Source: an uncultured virus (IMG/VR IMGVR_UViG_3300023174_000105)
Lineage: Duplodnaviria; Heunggongvirae; Uroviricota; Caudoviricetes
IMG/VR virus record: IMGVR_UViG_3300023174_000105
DNA: 34,052 nucleotides
Direction: 5' to 3' (one strand)
Under the pieces are notes generated by a model, which had not been told where the DNA came from, made no database searches, and saw only the letters and a list, made by a program, of their open reading frames with translations. Shown here one piece after another: positions 10,111-18,713 of the stretch. A program made the position numbers and the translations under genes. Within the stretch, counting starts at the first letter, position 1, and each line of letters begins with the position of its first letter.

Positions 10111-11064
10111 CTATGCCTCTACCTTGTGCAATACGCAGGGTATAATTTCTCCTGCCCTAATAATAGCTACAGTATCACCTAGCTCCAGGCCTAGGGCTTC
10201 AATAAAGCCTGGATTGTTTAAAGTGGCTCGGCTTACTAAAGCATCGCCTACTAATACTGGCTCAAGGATTGCCACTGGTGTTACTTTGCCACTCTTACCA
10301 ACCTGCCACTCAACATCCAGCAATTTAGTTTCTACGTGTTCAGCGCGCTCTTTGCGAGCATAAGCACCGCGAGGATGTTTGCTGGTATAACCTAACTCTT
10401 CAAACTGATGATTATTGTTGAGTCGGAACACTACGCCGTCTGTGGGATAGATTTTTTCTAAGTCAGTTTCTTGTACAGTGTTAAAACCAAAGTGTTTAAG
10501 CATATGCATATCTGCATCATAGGTTTGACCTATAAATGGTTGAACACCATATGCAAAAAAAGTAATTGCACGCGTGGCAAATTCAGTGACATCTTTAAGA
10601 TTTAATGCACCTGCGGCATAATTACGAGCATTTGGTATGTGACTTGGAGCCACAATCTCGCCAGTAACTTGTAGCACACCGGAGTGTGCTATAGTATGTG
10701 GAACTAGACTAGTGCTGCTAAACAACTTGTCAGTAATTACTTGACCCTCCACTCCATCGCCACGAGTCAGCGCCTGCACCAGTTCACCGTCTACATAGAG
10801 CAGGCTGATAGCCGCGCCGTCAAGTTTAACACTCATACTAACGTCACCCATGCCAGCAATGGGATTAGGCTTGCCCTCATCCTCATAGTGCTTTTGCAGT
10901 GAGTACATAGGATAGTAGTGCTTAGACTTAGTGCCCATAACTTGTGCACCTACGGCTGAATACCTTGCGGCTTCAGCTAGGCGATCAAACTGCTGGTCAC
11001 TGATAATAGGAAAACCAGCATAATAAGCCTGACTTGCTGCATCTAAGTACTGTTTAATGCTCAT
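10111..11064 (-). CDS. ligA: NAD-dependent DNA ligase subunit A (adenylation + OB domains)
   Basis: KLDG, LTRGDG, GEIV, RNYAAG, DGVV, RAGEIIP motifs. Confidence 0.95.
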   Translation of the reverse strand: MSIKQYLDAASQAYYAGFPIISDQQFDRLAEAARYSAVGAQVMGTKSKHYYPMYSLQKHYEDEGKPNPIAGMGDVSMSVKLDGAAISLLYVDGELVQALTRGDGVEGQVITDKLFSSTSLVPHTIAHSGVLQVTGEIVAPSHIPNARNYAAGALNLKDVTEFATRAITFFAYGVQPFIGQTYDADMHMLKHFGFNTVQETDLEKIYPTDGVVFRLNNNHQFEELGYTSKHPRGAYARKERAEHVETKLLDVEWQVGKSGKVTPVAILEPVLVGDALVSRATLNNPGFIEALGLELGDTVAIIRAGEIIPCVLHKVEA

Positions 11065-11693
11065 AGACCTTCCACAAATTCACACAAAAGTTCATTATGA
11101 CGGCCTTCATGCCAGCCGTCCATTTCTTCAAGCTCATACCACCACTCTTCACTTTCTGGATGGCAACCAATCAAACCTACACGGTTTTGATAGACTGCCA
11201 TTGCATCACCATTGCCATAGGTAGCAACTATGTCAGTAAAAGCTAAGTTACCAACAAAAGCACAGCCGTCATAGAAGTACATATCTTCTTCCTGACCATT
11301 CCAGTCTACACGGGCAAGGGTAGGTTCTTCAGTAAGAACATCTGCATCTAGCTGTGAAATATACTGTACTGGCTCAATGCCGTGAAGAATATCAAAGTAA
11401 TAGCTGCCTGCCCAGTATGCGCCCATGCAAATGCCTAAGTATTTGCCGCCATCGCTAACAAAGTTTCTAACTGCGTCTACATGATCAGCATCAAAGATTT
11501 CGTCAAATTGATCGCTGTCGCCAAGACCACCAGGAAACGCTAGTACGTCTACAGTTGACAAAAATTTAGGGTCAAGATCTTCAATGCCAAACAGCTTTAC
11601 CTCAAACTTGTGTTCTAGTGCGGCTTCCATAGCCAGTGCACACTCAACTTCACACGCAGGATCATGAACAAAAATAGCAACGGTTTCTTTCAT
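11061..11693 (-). CDS. Class I glutamine amidotransferase-like protein (BPL_N-like)
   Basis: FPGG, YLGICMGAY nucleophile elbow, HPE (Cys-His-Glu triad). Confidence 0.8.
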   Translation of the reverse strand: MKETVAIFVHDPACEVECALAMEAALEHKFEVKLFGIEDLDPKFLSTVDVLAFPGGLGDSDQFDEIFDADHVDAVRNFVSDGGKYLGICMGAYWAGSYYFDILHGIEPVQYISQLDADVLTEEPTLARVDWNGQEEDMYFYDGCAFVGNLAFTDIVATYGNGDAMAVYQNRVGLIGCHPESEEWWYELEEMDGWHEGRHNELLCEFVEGL

Positions 11694-11718
11694 AGTATTT
11701 CCTCAGTAAATATAATAT

Positions 11719-11747
11719 ATTATACCAGTTTAAACTGACAAAATCAA
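11719..11747 (-). promoter_or_regulatory. Sigma70-type promoter
   Basis: TTGATT-N17-TATAAT. Confidence 0.8.
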
Positions 11748-12031
11748 GTGGATTTTTCTAGTAACTGACGAGCATAAGTTTCAATAATCTCATGACCTTC
11801 GGCTGTGCTACAAATATCAAATAACCCGTCTAGCAAGCTATAAATATTTTGTAGTGATGCAGGAATACTTACGCCTTCACGACTAGGAATCCAGTCACCT
11901 TCATAGCTAAGAAAGTACTTTCTTAGTTGTAGGTAAGTAACTTCCTTAAAATCATTCACTACTAGTCTAACTTGAAAACCTTTGTCCAAGTTTTCCTCAA
12001 TTAATTTTTCATATAGTATATTTGAGTCCAT
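11744..12031 (-). CDS. PC4/p15-like ssDNA-binding protein
   Basis: VNDFKEVTYLQLRKYF...WIPSREGVSI matches the PC4-fold pattern seen in T5-like phages. Confidence 0.8.
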   Translation of the reverse strand: MDSNILYEKLIEENLDKGFQVRLVVNDFKEVTYLQLRKYFLSYEGDWIPSREGVSIPASLQNIYSLLDGLFDICSTAEGHEIIETYARQLLEKST

Positions 12032-12654
12032 TATACTTTAACCCCTAATTCGCGTAAGTGATTAAGACTGGCTAATTCACAGGCAGGTTGATATGCACTT
12101 TGCAACCAACGCTCACTAAGAAGCCATACACGATAAATCCAACCATAATCTGGGTGTGTTTGTTCTGCTTGTATTTTACACATAGAATCGTAGCGGGCAC
12201 TATACACCACTTCGCCTACAGCAAACTTATCTTGCATTGCGCCTTCAGGAATTAACTCAGGCCGAAAATAGTCTGGACTACTTTTACGAACAGGAACATT
12301 GTACCGCTCTAAAACTTGTTTAATAAGCTGCGTACCGCGGTAAGTATTCTGGCTAATTTCACTGATAGTTTCTCCACTAAGATAGCTTTGAATTATAAAT
12401 TGCACTTCGTCTAGCGTAACGGGCTTGCCGCGCTTTTCAGCTCTGCGTTTAGCAGTTTTTTCTTTGCGGTCTTTGTGTGTTTGAATGATCTGATCAAGCC
12501 TGGTAGTATTATAGCTCATGCCCAGGATTTGACAAGCATCCTTTTTTGTAATAGGTTTAACGCCCTGCTCTTTGGGTTCAAGCAGATCAATGACTCGCTC
12601 AATATTAGCGTCAGTCATGCGTTCTTGTTCAAGTTCTGTGCGTTTACGAGCCAT
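12031..12654 (-). CDS. Hypothetical HTH-containing protein
   Basis: ATG 12654 with GGAG SD; TKKDACQILGMSY and ETISEISQ HTH-like segments. Confidence 0.7.
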   Translation of the reverse strand: MARKRTELEQERMTDANIERVIDLLEPKEQGVKPITKKDACQILGMSYNTTRLDQIIQTHKDRKEKTAKRRAEKRGKPVTLDEVQFIIQSYLSGETISEISQNTYRGTQLIKQVLERYNVPVRKSSPDYFRPELIPEGAMQDKFAVGEVVYSARYDSMCKIQAEQTHPDYGWIYRVWLLSERWLQSAYQPACELASLNHLRELGVKV

Positions 12655-12671
12655 AATTACTCCACAAATAA

Positions 12672-12694
12672 GAAAAGGCAGCACTAGGCTGCCT
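12672..12694 (-). terminator. Intrinsic terminator after D3
   Basis: AGGCAGC / GCTGCCT stem followed by TTTT. Confidence 0.75.
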
Positions 12695-12698
12695 GTTT

Positions 12699-13058
12699 TT
12701 ATGCTTTAAGTACACTCAAAAAGTAGACTGCTGCTTTACCAGTCAGTTTACTAAGAATGTCATCGTCTACTGGGCCACCTTTAGCCTCGATTGCGGATTT
12801 AAGATCAGCAATTGAGGACTCTTTTGAGACGCGTTTAGGTGCCTCGCCAGCAGCTTTTTTCTCGCCACTGGGTTTAGCGGCAGCGTCTTTTTTAACATAA
12901 ACACCAGCTTGAACCAAAACCATACGAACACCGTTAGGTGAGGCTTCGATTTCTTCGGCAATGTCTTTGATAATTTCAGTACTAGACTCAGGCGTTGGCT
13001 CTGCGTCCTGATACATTTTAATTACGTTAGCTTTGAGTTCGTCATTCCATTGTGTCAT
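12699..13058 (-). CDS. D3: D3-like DNA-binding protein
   Basis: W..ELK..VI..Y, IAEEIEASPNGVRMVL..AGVYVKK, KLTGKAAVYF resemble T5 D3. Confidence 0.75.
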   Translation of the reverse strand: MTQWNDELKANVIKMYQDAEPTPESSTEIIKDIAEEIEASPNGVRMVLVQAGVYVKKDAAAKPSGEKKAAGEAPKRVSKESSIADLKSAIEAKGGPVDDDILSKLTGKAAVYFLSVLKA

Positions 13059-13067
13059 TATATTTCC

Positions 13068-13340
13068 TTAAATAAGTTCGGCGATTACGTTAGTCATTTT
13101 ACTGGGAGTAAACTGACGATAGTTATGTTTTAAGTCATGTTTTGCAACAAGCTGCATCATCTCCTCGTGTTGGCGATTTTTTAATTCACGCATTTCACGA
13201 GTAAATTGTTCAAATTCCACTTCAGGCAACTCACTAACATCAATACCAGCTACAAGCTGTGTTGGTTCCTGTGTAACCACTAGTGCACGTTCGCTAGTAT
13301 CACCATTGGATTTTGTGTACATAAATTGCATAAGTTTCAT
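13068..13340 (-). CDS. Hypothetical protein (F-x-Y-T-K-x-x-G-x-x-S-x-R, WYL/Sm-like start)
   Basis: Intact ORF with AAGGA SD and promoter. Confidence 0.7.
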   Translation of the reverse strand: MKLMQFMYTKSNGDTSERALVVTQEPTQLVAGIDVSELPEVEFEQFTREMRELKNRQHEEMMQLVAKHDLKHNYRQFTPSKMTNVIAELI

Positions 13341-13369
13341 CGTTGATTCCTTTTGTAAATAGAAATAAT

Positions 13370-13398
13370 ATTATAACAACAATCAACGCAAAGTTCAA
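13370..13398 (-). promoter_or_regulatory. Sigma70-type promoter
   Basis: TTGAAC-N17-TATAAT. Confidence 0.75.
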
Positions 13399-13400
13399 GT

Positions 13401-13658
13401 TTATTTTTCTCTGACTGCTTTTGAAATTCCTAAAAATGCGCCACTAAAAAGTGGTGGAATTATTAATAACCAGACTACTAGTGGAGCTAGCACAGTATTT
13501 ACTATAAAAAATATAAACAAGCTTAATAATGGTGATCTTGTAAAGTCATTGTCTATGCCATCACGTCTAGCCAGTGCAATAATAGGCCAGAAAAGTTCGT
13601 AAATAAGTGTTAGGGAAGTTGCTAAACAAAATATTATGTATAACTCAAATGCCCCCAT
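13401..13658 (-). CDS. Small membrane protein
   Basis: Two to three hydrophobic segments. Confidence 0.7.
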   Translation of the reverse strand: MGAFELYIIFCLATSLTLIYELFWPIIALARRDGIDNDFTRSPLLSLFIFFIVNTVLAPLVVWLLIIPPLFSGAFLGISKAVREK

Positions 13659-14025
13659 GTAGTCTGTCTCCTAACTTAAAGCTGACTTTTAGATCGCCTA
13701 AAGTTTTAGGGTCAAAGGTTGAGCGTAAACTTGCTAGGGTTTGATCAGCCAATTTTTGATTTGAACTAAAAATATCATGCGGGCAACTTCCGCATACTTG
13801 CTTAATTAGCTGAGCGGTTTTAATCTTAGTTTTATTCCAAGGAGCGGTTTTAGGAGTTTTGCGACGATAGGTAATATTTTTTATTGCCGCCTCAATTTGC
13901 TTTGCATTGCCAGGATTTTTTTGTAGTGCACGCAATAATCTACGTTCACGATTAGCTTTCCAAGTTTGTTTGCTCTTGTAAAGATCGTATTGCGTTTGCT
14001 TGCCTTTACTAGACGTCTTTGCCAT
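13645..14025 (-). CDS. Basic hypothetical protein
   Basis: Intact K/R-rich ORF overlapping its neighbours. Confidence 0.7.
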   Translation of the reverse strand: MAKTSSKGKQTQYDLYKSKQTWKANRERRLLRALQKNPGNAKQIEAAIKNITYRRKTPKTAPWNKTKIKTAQLIKQVCGSCPHDIFSSNQKLADQTLASLRSTFDPKTLGDLKVSFKLGDRLHGGI

Positions 14026-14284
14026 AGTTGTATAGTCCAGTTATTGTGTAATATTTACCAGTGCTGTGTTTTACAATTTTAACACAGCCTTTTTCTTCTA
14101 AGAACTCTAAAAAGTTAAATATGTGGCCATATGTGTCTAAACTAATATCATATTTTAGCAACAACCCGCTAACTTTGTGCAAGTAGTCAAGAGTAATAGC
14201 TTGACTACCTGTACCTAGTTCAAATAATAATTCTTTGATAGGATTATCAATCTTCAAAGACAATGGATTCTTCGTGGTTGTCAT
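14009..14284 (-). CDS. Hypothetical protein, possible winged helix
   Basis: LEFLEEKGCV...GKYYTIT wing-like pattern. Confidence 0.6.
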   Translation of the reverse strand: MTTTKNPLSLKIDNPIKELLFELGTGSQAITLDYLHKVSGLLLKYDISLDTYGHIFNFLEFLEEKGCVKIVKHSTGKYYTITGLYNYGKDV

Positions 14285-14558
14285 CTTCTAAGCTAACTTT
14301 TAGTTCTTCAGCTTCTTCAAGCTGTTCGTGCATATCAACACAACGCTGAAGTGCTTCAATTAATGCAGGAACAGATTCAATGTCAATGGGAACGGTACGA
14401 TCACAACCATCAAAAATAAGTACTTCATTAATGCCGCCTGCATTGCTACCAAACTCTACGCCATAGTAGAAACAAAAGTCTGGTTCACTATCGGTGTTAA
14501 ACATACCGTCATCATCAAGTACTGAGTCTCGTTCTTGTGATCCAAAATAAATTTTCAT
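14247..14558 (-). CDS. Acidic hypothetical protein
   Basis: Intact ORF with AAGGA SD and promoter. Confidence 0.7.
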   Translation of the reverse strand: MKIYFGSQERDSVLDDDGMFNTDSEPDFCFYYGVEFGSNAGGINEVLIFDGCDRTVPIDIESVPALIEALQRCVDMHEQLEEAEELKVSLEDDNHEESIVFED

Positions 14559-14597
14559 GTGTTTAGTCCTTTTTAAAAATAATTTCCGAGAACAAAT

Positions 14598-14626
14598 ATT
14601 ATAGCAAATTCAACAATAATTTTCAA
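14598..14626 (-). promoter_or_regulatory. Sigma70-type promoter
   Basis: TTGAAA-N17-TATAAT. Confidence 0.75.
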
Positions 14627-14643
14627 GAAAATAATTTTTCTGG

Positions 14644-14717
14644 TGGCAGGGATACTAGGATTCGAACCTAGAATAACGGAATCAAAATCCGTGGTGTTAC
14701 CATTACACTATATCCCA
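14644..14717 (-). tRNA. tRNA-Gln(UUG)
   Basis: Cloverleaf; ACGGA-TTTTGAT-TCCGT anticodon arm; GGTTCGAATCC; CCA. Confidence 0.93.
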
Positions 14718-14722
14718 ACTAT

Positions 14723-14797
14723 TGGCTCCCCAGCGTGGGATTGAACCACGGACCAACAGATTAACAGTCTGCTGCTCTACCGCTGAGCTACTAGGGA
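14723..14797 (-). tRNA. tRNA-Asn(GUU)
   Basis: Cloverleaf; CTGTTAA loop; GGTTCAATCC; CCA. Confidence 0.95.
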
Positions 14798-14804
14798 ATT
14801 TTGA

Positions 14805-14878
<74 letters not shown>

Positions 14879-14883
14879 AGAAT

Positions 14884-14924
14884 AAAAAGTCCCCGGCAGT
14901 GCTGTTGAGCACATATCCGAGGAC
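14884..14924 (-). terminator. Terminator-like hairpin before the tRNA cluster
   Basis: GTCCTCGG..GTGCT-CAAC-AGCAC..CCGGGGAC followed by TTTTT. Confidence 0.65.
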
Positions 14925-14930
14925 ACAAAT

Positions 14931-15524
14931 TTAATCGTTGTAGTCGCTGTCTAGTTCTATAAATACATTTACTAGAATATCACGATATGGCTGTTCAACC
15001 ATGTGTAAGTCTAGTAAGTAAACATCTAGGTGACAATTTCTAAGTAATTCAGCATGGTACATAAATTGACCATATGCTTCTAGACTTTCACTAATATTTT
15101 GGTTTGCATAGTCTTCTAAATATTGCGCTACCACATCTAACATATACTGTGGCATAGTAGATTTTGTACTAATGTTAACTAGCTTTAGGGCCTTGCCTTC
15201 ACGATCTCGCATAATTTGATTGCGCTTAGCTTCTGCCCAAGTTTGGCCGCCGTCGCCGCCCCACATATCCCAGGCTACTCTGCCCTTACTAGGAAAACCT
15301 TCTTCACCACTGTTAAAGCCAGTTGCCTGCTTATCTACTTCATGTCTGCTAAAAAAGCTGTGCATTCGTAACACAACGCTAGCGCTTAGTGGTTCACGGT
15401 TTTTAAGTTGATTAGCACGGGCTAGGCCTACTAGTGTGCCTCCTGGCTTGCCTTCTTCATGCCAAGCAAGTGCACGTTTAGCAGCACTAGCCATGCCGCT
15501 GGTAGGTGTATAAGTTTCTGCCAT
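14931..15524 (-). CDS. Hypothetical protein with a domain often seen in phage head-associated proteins
   Basis: GGTLVGLARANQL...RMHSFFSRH...AWDMWGGD pattern; recognition from memory. Confidence 0.65.
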   Translation of the reverse strand: MAETYTPTSGMASAAKRALAWHEEGKPGGTLVGLARANQLKNREPLSASVVLRMHSFFSRHEVDKQATGFNSGEEGFPSKGRVAWDMWGGDGGQTWAEAKRNQIMRDREGKALKLVNISTKSTMPQYMLDVVAQYLEDYANQNISESLEAYGQFMYHAELLRNCHLDVYLLDLHMVEQPYRDILVNVFIELDSDYND

Positions 15525-15532
15525 TGTAACCT

Positions 15533-16105
15533 CTATGGATTAGCTAGGAAAAATGCAAAAGCAAATCCCAGCGGTGTCATTGATCGTAATTCTTTAGTCC
15601 GTTCCGATTTACCGCCCAGTTTCATTATCCACGAATTAGGGTCAGGCTCAACCGGAGTTTTAGGCAAGTCACGGTTAAACTTGCCCCATAATCCAGTTTT
15701 CTTAGTATACGGATCGCCAAACCAGTGTGGCTGAAAATACCAAGGATCGCCTAATTCAGGACGCAGTTTTTGCAGTCTGCCAACTGGATTTTCTAATGCC
15801 CAAAATTCTGGATTGTAGTAGTCTACCATTCGCAAAACTTTGTCTACTAGCTTTAGGCTTTGATCAGTTCTGCCGTCTTGATCTTTTTGTTTCCAGTATT
15901 GTGCGCCACTACCAGCAAAGTCTGTACAAGGCGGAGCAGCTAAAATACCATGTATTTCTTTAGGCAAATCTTTAGGTTGTAGTGTTAATATGTCAATATC
16001 ATGTTTAATATCTACTTGCAATACATTATAACCTGATTCACGATAATATTTAGGCCAATTACCGCTATAATCAAACAATGATAGTATCGTCTTCTTTGTT
16101 GACAC
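15533..16105 (-). CDS. Short phage-type DNA cytosine-C5 methyltransferase
   Basis: LAAPPCTDF (catalytic PC), ENP motif VI, variant motif I LSLFDYSG; GTG start at 16105 with AAGGAAG SD. Confidence 0.8.
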   Translation of the reverse strand: MSTKKTILSLFDYSGNWPKYYRESGYNVLQVDIKHDIDILTLQPKDLPKEIHGILAAPPCTDFAGSGAQYWKQKDQDGRTDQSLKLVDKVLRMVDYYNPEFWALENPVGRLQKLRPELGDPWYFQPHWFGDPYTKKTGLWGKFNRDLPKTPVEPDPNSWIMKLGGKSERTKELRSMTPLGFAFAFFLANP

Positions 16106-16682
16106 TTTTTGCTTCCTTAGCTTTAGCTTCACAAAGTGCTTCTACACGATTACTAACTTCTTCACTATGTAGCCACAAATCTTTGTTTTCCAGCAAACTA
16201 TCAATCTCCTTACTAGTAAGAAAATCTTTGTATATATACTGTAAAAATTGTTTAGACCATTCACGCTCAAACACAGCTTGGTCGTAAATTTCTCCGCCTT
16301 TGCCAAAGATTCCACCACTGTAGTTGTGAAACATAAATAAACTATGTGGTGTTACCTCAAATACATCAGCACATAAGAAGATCATAGTAGCCGCACTCAT
16401 GCAACTGCCTTCAACACTACATACAATAGTAGCTGGTGATTCACTTAGCACACGCATAAATTGTAGCGCAGTGTTTAAATCACCGCCACTGCTATTAATG
16501 TAAATTTTTACTACATCTTGATCACTAGCGCTGCGAATAGTATTAAACCATTCAATATAATCTTCAGGTCCAGTAATTAAACCACTTAGGTAAAATTCGT
16601 AAAGTGCACTAGTACATTTACGAAACCCACGACTAATACCTGTGTCGAGGACAAAATCATCATCTGTTGCGTTTTTAGTCAT
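16071..16682 (-). CDS. clpP: ClpP-family serine protease
   Basis: IYINSSGG, SAATMIF (catalytic Ser), FMFH (His), DLWL. Confidence 0.9.
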   Translation of the reverse strand: MTKNATDDDFVLDTGISRGFRKCTSALYEFYLSGLITGPEDYIEWFNTIRSASDQDVVKIYINSSGGDLNTALQFMRVLSESPATIVCSVEGSCMSAATMIFLCADVFEVTPHSLFMFHNYSGGIFGKGGEIYDQAVFEREWSKQFLQYIYKDFLTSKEIDSLLENKDLWLHSEEVSNRVEALCEAKAKEAKSVNKEDDTIIV

Positions 16683-16695
16683 AGGTGTATAATGT

Positions 16696-16994
16696 AAAAA
16701 AGCCCCCCTTGGTTACAAGGCGGGGGCATACCTCGGCACTAGCTTAAGCGGCTAGGGCAAATACCTCATCGTTGGCATTTATATAGTTTGCTTCTTTTGC
16801 GGAGATCGCCTACCGAGTTGTCCACTTACATACTTATCACACTGTCGAAACCATGACTGGCCCATCAAAAGTACACTACACTTACAGAGGTAACGCGTAC
16901 CACGGCTATGCATCGCCTTAGTGTACTTTTGGTGGACCAGGTGGGAGTCGAACCCACGTCCAGCGCGCCTTTCGGCTTGTTTCATACAACCATA
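16696..16994 (-). ncRNA. ssrA: Circularly permuted (two-piece) tmRNA
   Basis: T-arm GTGGGTTCGACTCCCAC and acceptor 3' strand CTGGTCC-ACCA (16957-16930) lie upstream of the 5' strand GGGCCAG (16863-16857); G3-U70 pair; tag ANDEVFALAA* at 16776-16744; terminator hairpin 16727-16696. Confidence 0.92.
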
Positions 16995-17078
16995 TAAAAA
17001 TACTCTAGTTTGGATTCAAACCTTGTCCTAGTATTGTCTACTTGTGTGTCTCACCACACCGACCAGAGTATTTTTATA

Positions 17079-17152
17079 TGGTGCCCCTTGACAGAATCGA
17101 ACTGCCAATTGATGATTACAAATCAACTGTTATACCATTTAACTAAAAGGGC
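17079..17152 (-). tRNA. tRNA-Thr(UGU)
   Basis: Cloverleaf; TTTGTAA loop; GTTCGATTC; CCA. Confidence 0.92.
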
Positions 17153-17159
17153 TACCCAT

Positions 17160-17375
17160 TTACAACTGTTTGCTGTGAACCAAATCCTCAAACATTTTTT
17201 GCAAGATTTCAAACTTGACTTGATACATAGTAAACAAACCTAGTAGTAAATTCTGCATTTCATCTTCGGTTGTATCACGCAAGTCCTGAAGATAGTAGAT
17301 GGTTTTAATGTCATCTACTACACCCCAGCAATCCATCATTTGTTGCTCAAAATCAAAGCGGTTTGGTTTTTGCAT
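17160..17375 (-). CDS. Hypothetical protein
   Basis: Intact ORF downstream of promoter. Confidence 0.7.
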   Translation of the reverse strand: MQKPNRFDFEQQMMDCWGVVDDIKTIYYLQDLRDTTEDEMQNLLLGLFTMYQVKFEILQKMFEDLVHSKQL

Positions 17376-17411
17376 AATTTTTGCTGTGTTGAAATTTCCT
17401 AATGAATAAGT

Positions 17412-17440
17412 ATTATACCCTAATCATTACCAAATTTCAA
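17412..17440 (-). promoter_or_regulatory. Sigma70-type promoter for the ORF, tRNA-Thr and tmRNA unit
   Basis: TTGAAA-N17-TATAAT. Confidence 0.8.
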
Positions 17441-17455
17441 GTTGAAAATTTTTGG

Positions 17456-17674
17456 CTATTTAGAGTTTGGTAATTCAAGAATTTTTGTGATTAATTGTGC
17501 ACGATCATTTTGAAAGCTTCTATAGCTTTGACCGCCATTTTTAATAAAACTAGTAGTAGACTCAATTAAGTCGTCTATTGATATAATAGTAGCTTCAATA
17601 GCAATTAATTGACTGCTGGTTAAGTCTTTAGCAAAATTTGAGGTAAACATTTTTTTAAAGATTAAAGTTGACAA
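17456..17674 (-). CDS. Hypothetical protein, last gene of the fibre-like operon
   Basis: Overlaps the stop of the upstream gene. Confidence 0.6.
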   Translation of the reverse strand: MSTLIFKKMFTSNFAKDLTSSQLIAIEATIISIDDLIESTTSFIKNGGQSYRSFQNDRAQLITKILELPNSK

Positions 17675-18267
17675 ACATAATTAATTGTGCCCACTAAACG
17701 GGCAGTGACTTTAATATTTTCCTGCATCAATCTATCTAAACTTTTAGACTGTTCAGTATTACACCACAATAGGGCAGTTTTAGTAGTGCTGACTACTGTG
17801 CCTCCTAAGTAATCAACATTTTTATTCATATTTTGAAAATATGAAACGTATAGACTACCAACATAACCAGTATCTGTAGTACTAGTATAGGGCAGTCCTG
17901 CAAGAGTAAGTGTTGAATTATTATTACCACCAGTTATACTGGCTATAGTAATATCAAAAGTGCACATAATACCTTGTCCAGTTTTTACATATTTGGCATT
18001 TTGTGTATTAAGTACAATATTTCCAGCAACACTACCCACTAATTGTGGCACCCAAGTGCCACACTCATAATTTCCGCCGCCACTGGTGCTAATAGTACCG
18101 TCTACGGCTACGGCAATTCCACTGCCCACTTTAACTACACCCAACTGTGTAGCAGTGGCAATTTCAGCATCTAAGACTACGGGCACTAAGGCCTGAGTAC
18201 TGGGGGCAGGCGTCTGCTTTAAGGCAACGCCTGCAATAGTAGATGCTGGGGGTCTGGTATAACTCAT
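17662..18267 (-). CDS. Fibre-like protein with beta-rich C-terminal tip domain
   Basis: ATATQLGVVKVGSGIAVAVDGTIS fibre motif; GTWVPQL..YVKTG..LAGLPY tip pattern. Confidence 0.7.
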   Translation of the reverse strand: MSYTRPPASTIAGVALKQTPAPSTQALVPVVLDAEIATATQLGVVKVGSGIAVAVDGTISTSGGGNYECGTWVPQLVGSVAGNIVLNTQNAKYVKTGQGIMCTFDITIASITGGNNNSTLTLAGLPYTSTTDTGYVGSLYVSYFQNMNKNVDYLGGTVVSTTKTALLWCNTEQSKSLDRLMQENIKVTARLVGTINYVCQL

Positions 18268-18283
18268 ACTAACCCCCTGTTAA

Positions 18284-18688
18284 TTAAACTACGTTCCAGT
18301 TTGTTCCGCGGAAAATTAGCGTTACACTACCATCGGTAACAGCTAAAATTGGATATGTAGCAGCATTTTCAATTGTTTCTGCACCGTTAGGCACAATTAT
18401 AATATCGCTAGTATTAGTAGCTTCAGATTTAATTACAACTTCACGGCCATCTACTCCAGCCGTAAGATTAATAGTAATAGTTGCACCAGTTCCTACTACA
18501 CCAAGATAATAGTTGGGCGTTGTGCCAGCACTGTCTAGGGTATATGGACTAGCTGCGTTGTTTACTAAATGAGTATTTACTTGACCATTAGGTGCAACAC
18601 TAATTACACCGTTGGTTACCGAAATACCTGTACCAATTTCAACCACACCATAACTGGTGGGTGAAGCTAAGGGAGAATTAAAAGCCAT
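18284..18688 (-). CDS. Small fibre-like beta protein
   Basis: ASPTSYGVVEIGTGISVTNGVIS motif plus a C-terminal domain ending SVTLIFRGTNWNVV. Confidence 0.7.
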   Translation of the reverse strand: MAFNSPLASPTSYGVVEIGTGISVTNGVISVAPNGQVNTHLVNNAASPYTLDSAGTTPNYYLGVVGTGATITINLTAGVDGREVVIKSEATNTSDIIIVPNGAETIENAATYPILAVTDGSVTLIFRGTNWNVV

Positions 18689-18713
18689 TTTATTATTCCT
18701 TTTTATCAGGCTA

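Noticed and set aside
9283..11064. Split NAD-dependent ligase as a novelty or pseudogene
   Set aside because: Two-gene ligase is the normal state in T5-like phages; both halves are intact
16779..16985. 68-aa minus-strand ORF
   Set aside because: Lies entirely within the permuted tmRNA structure; shadow ORF
17010..17243. 77-aa plus-strand ORF
   Set aside because: Antisense to tRNA-Thr and the tRNA-like element
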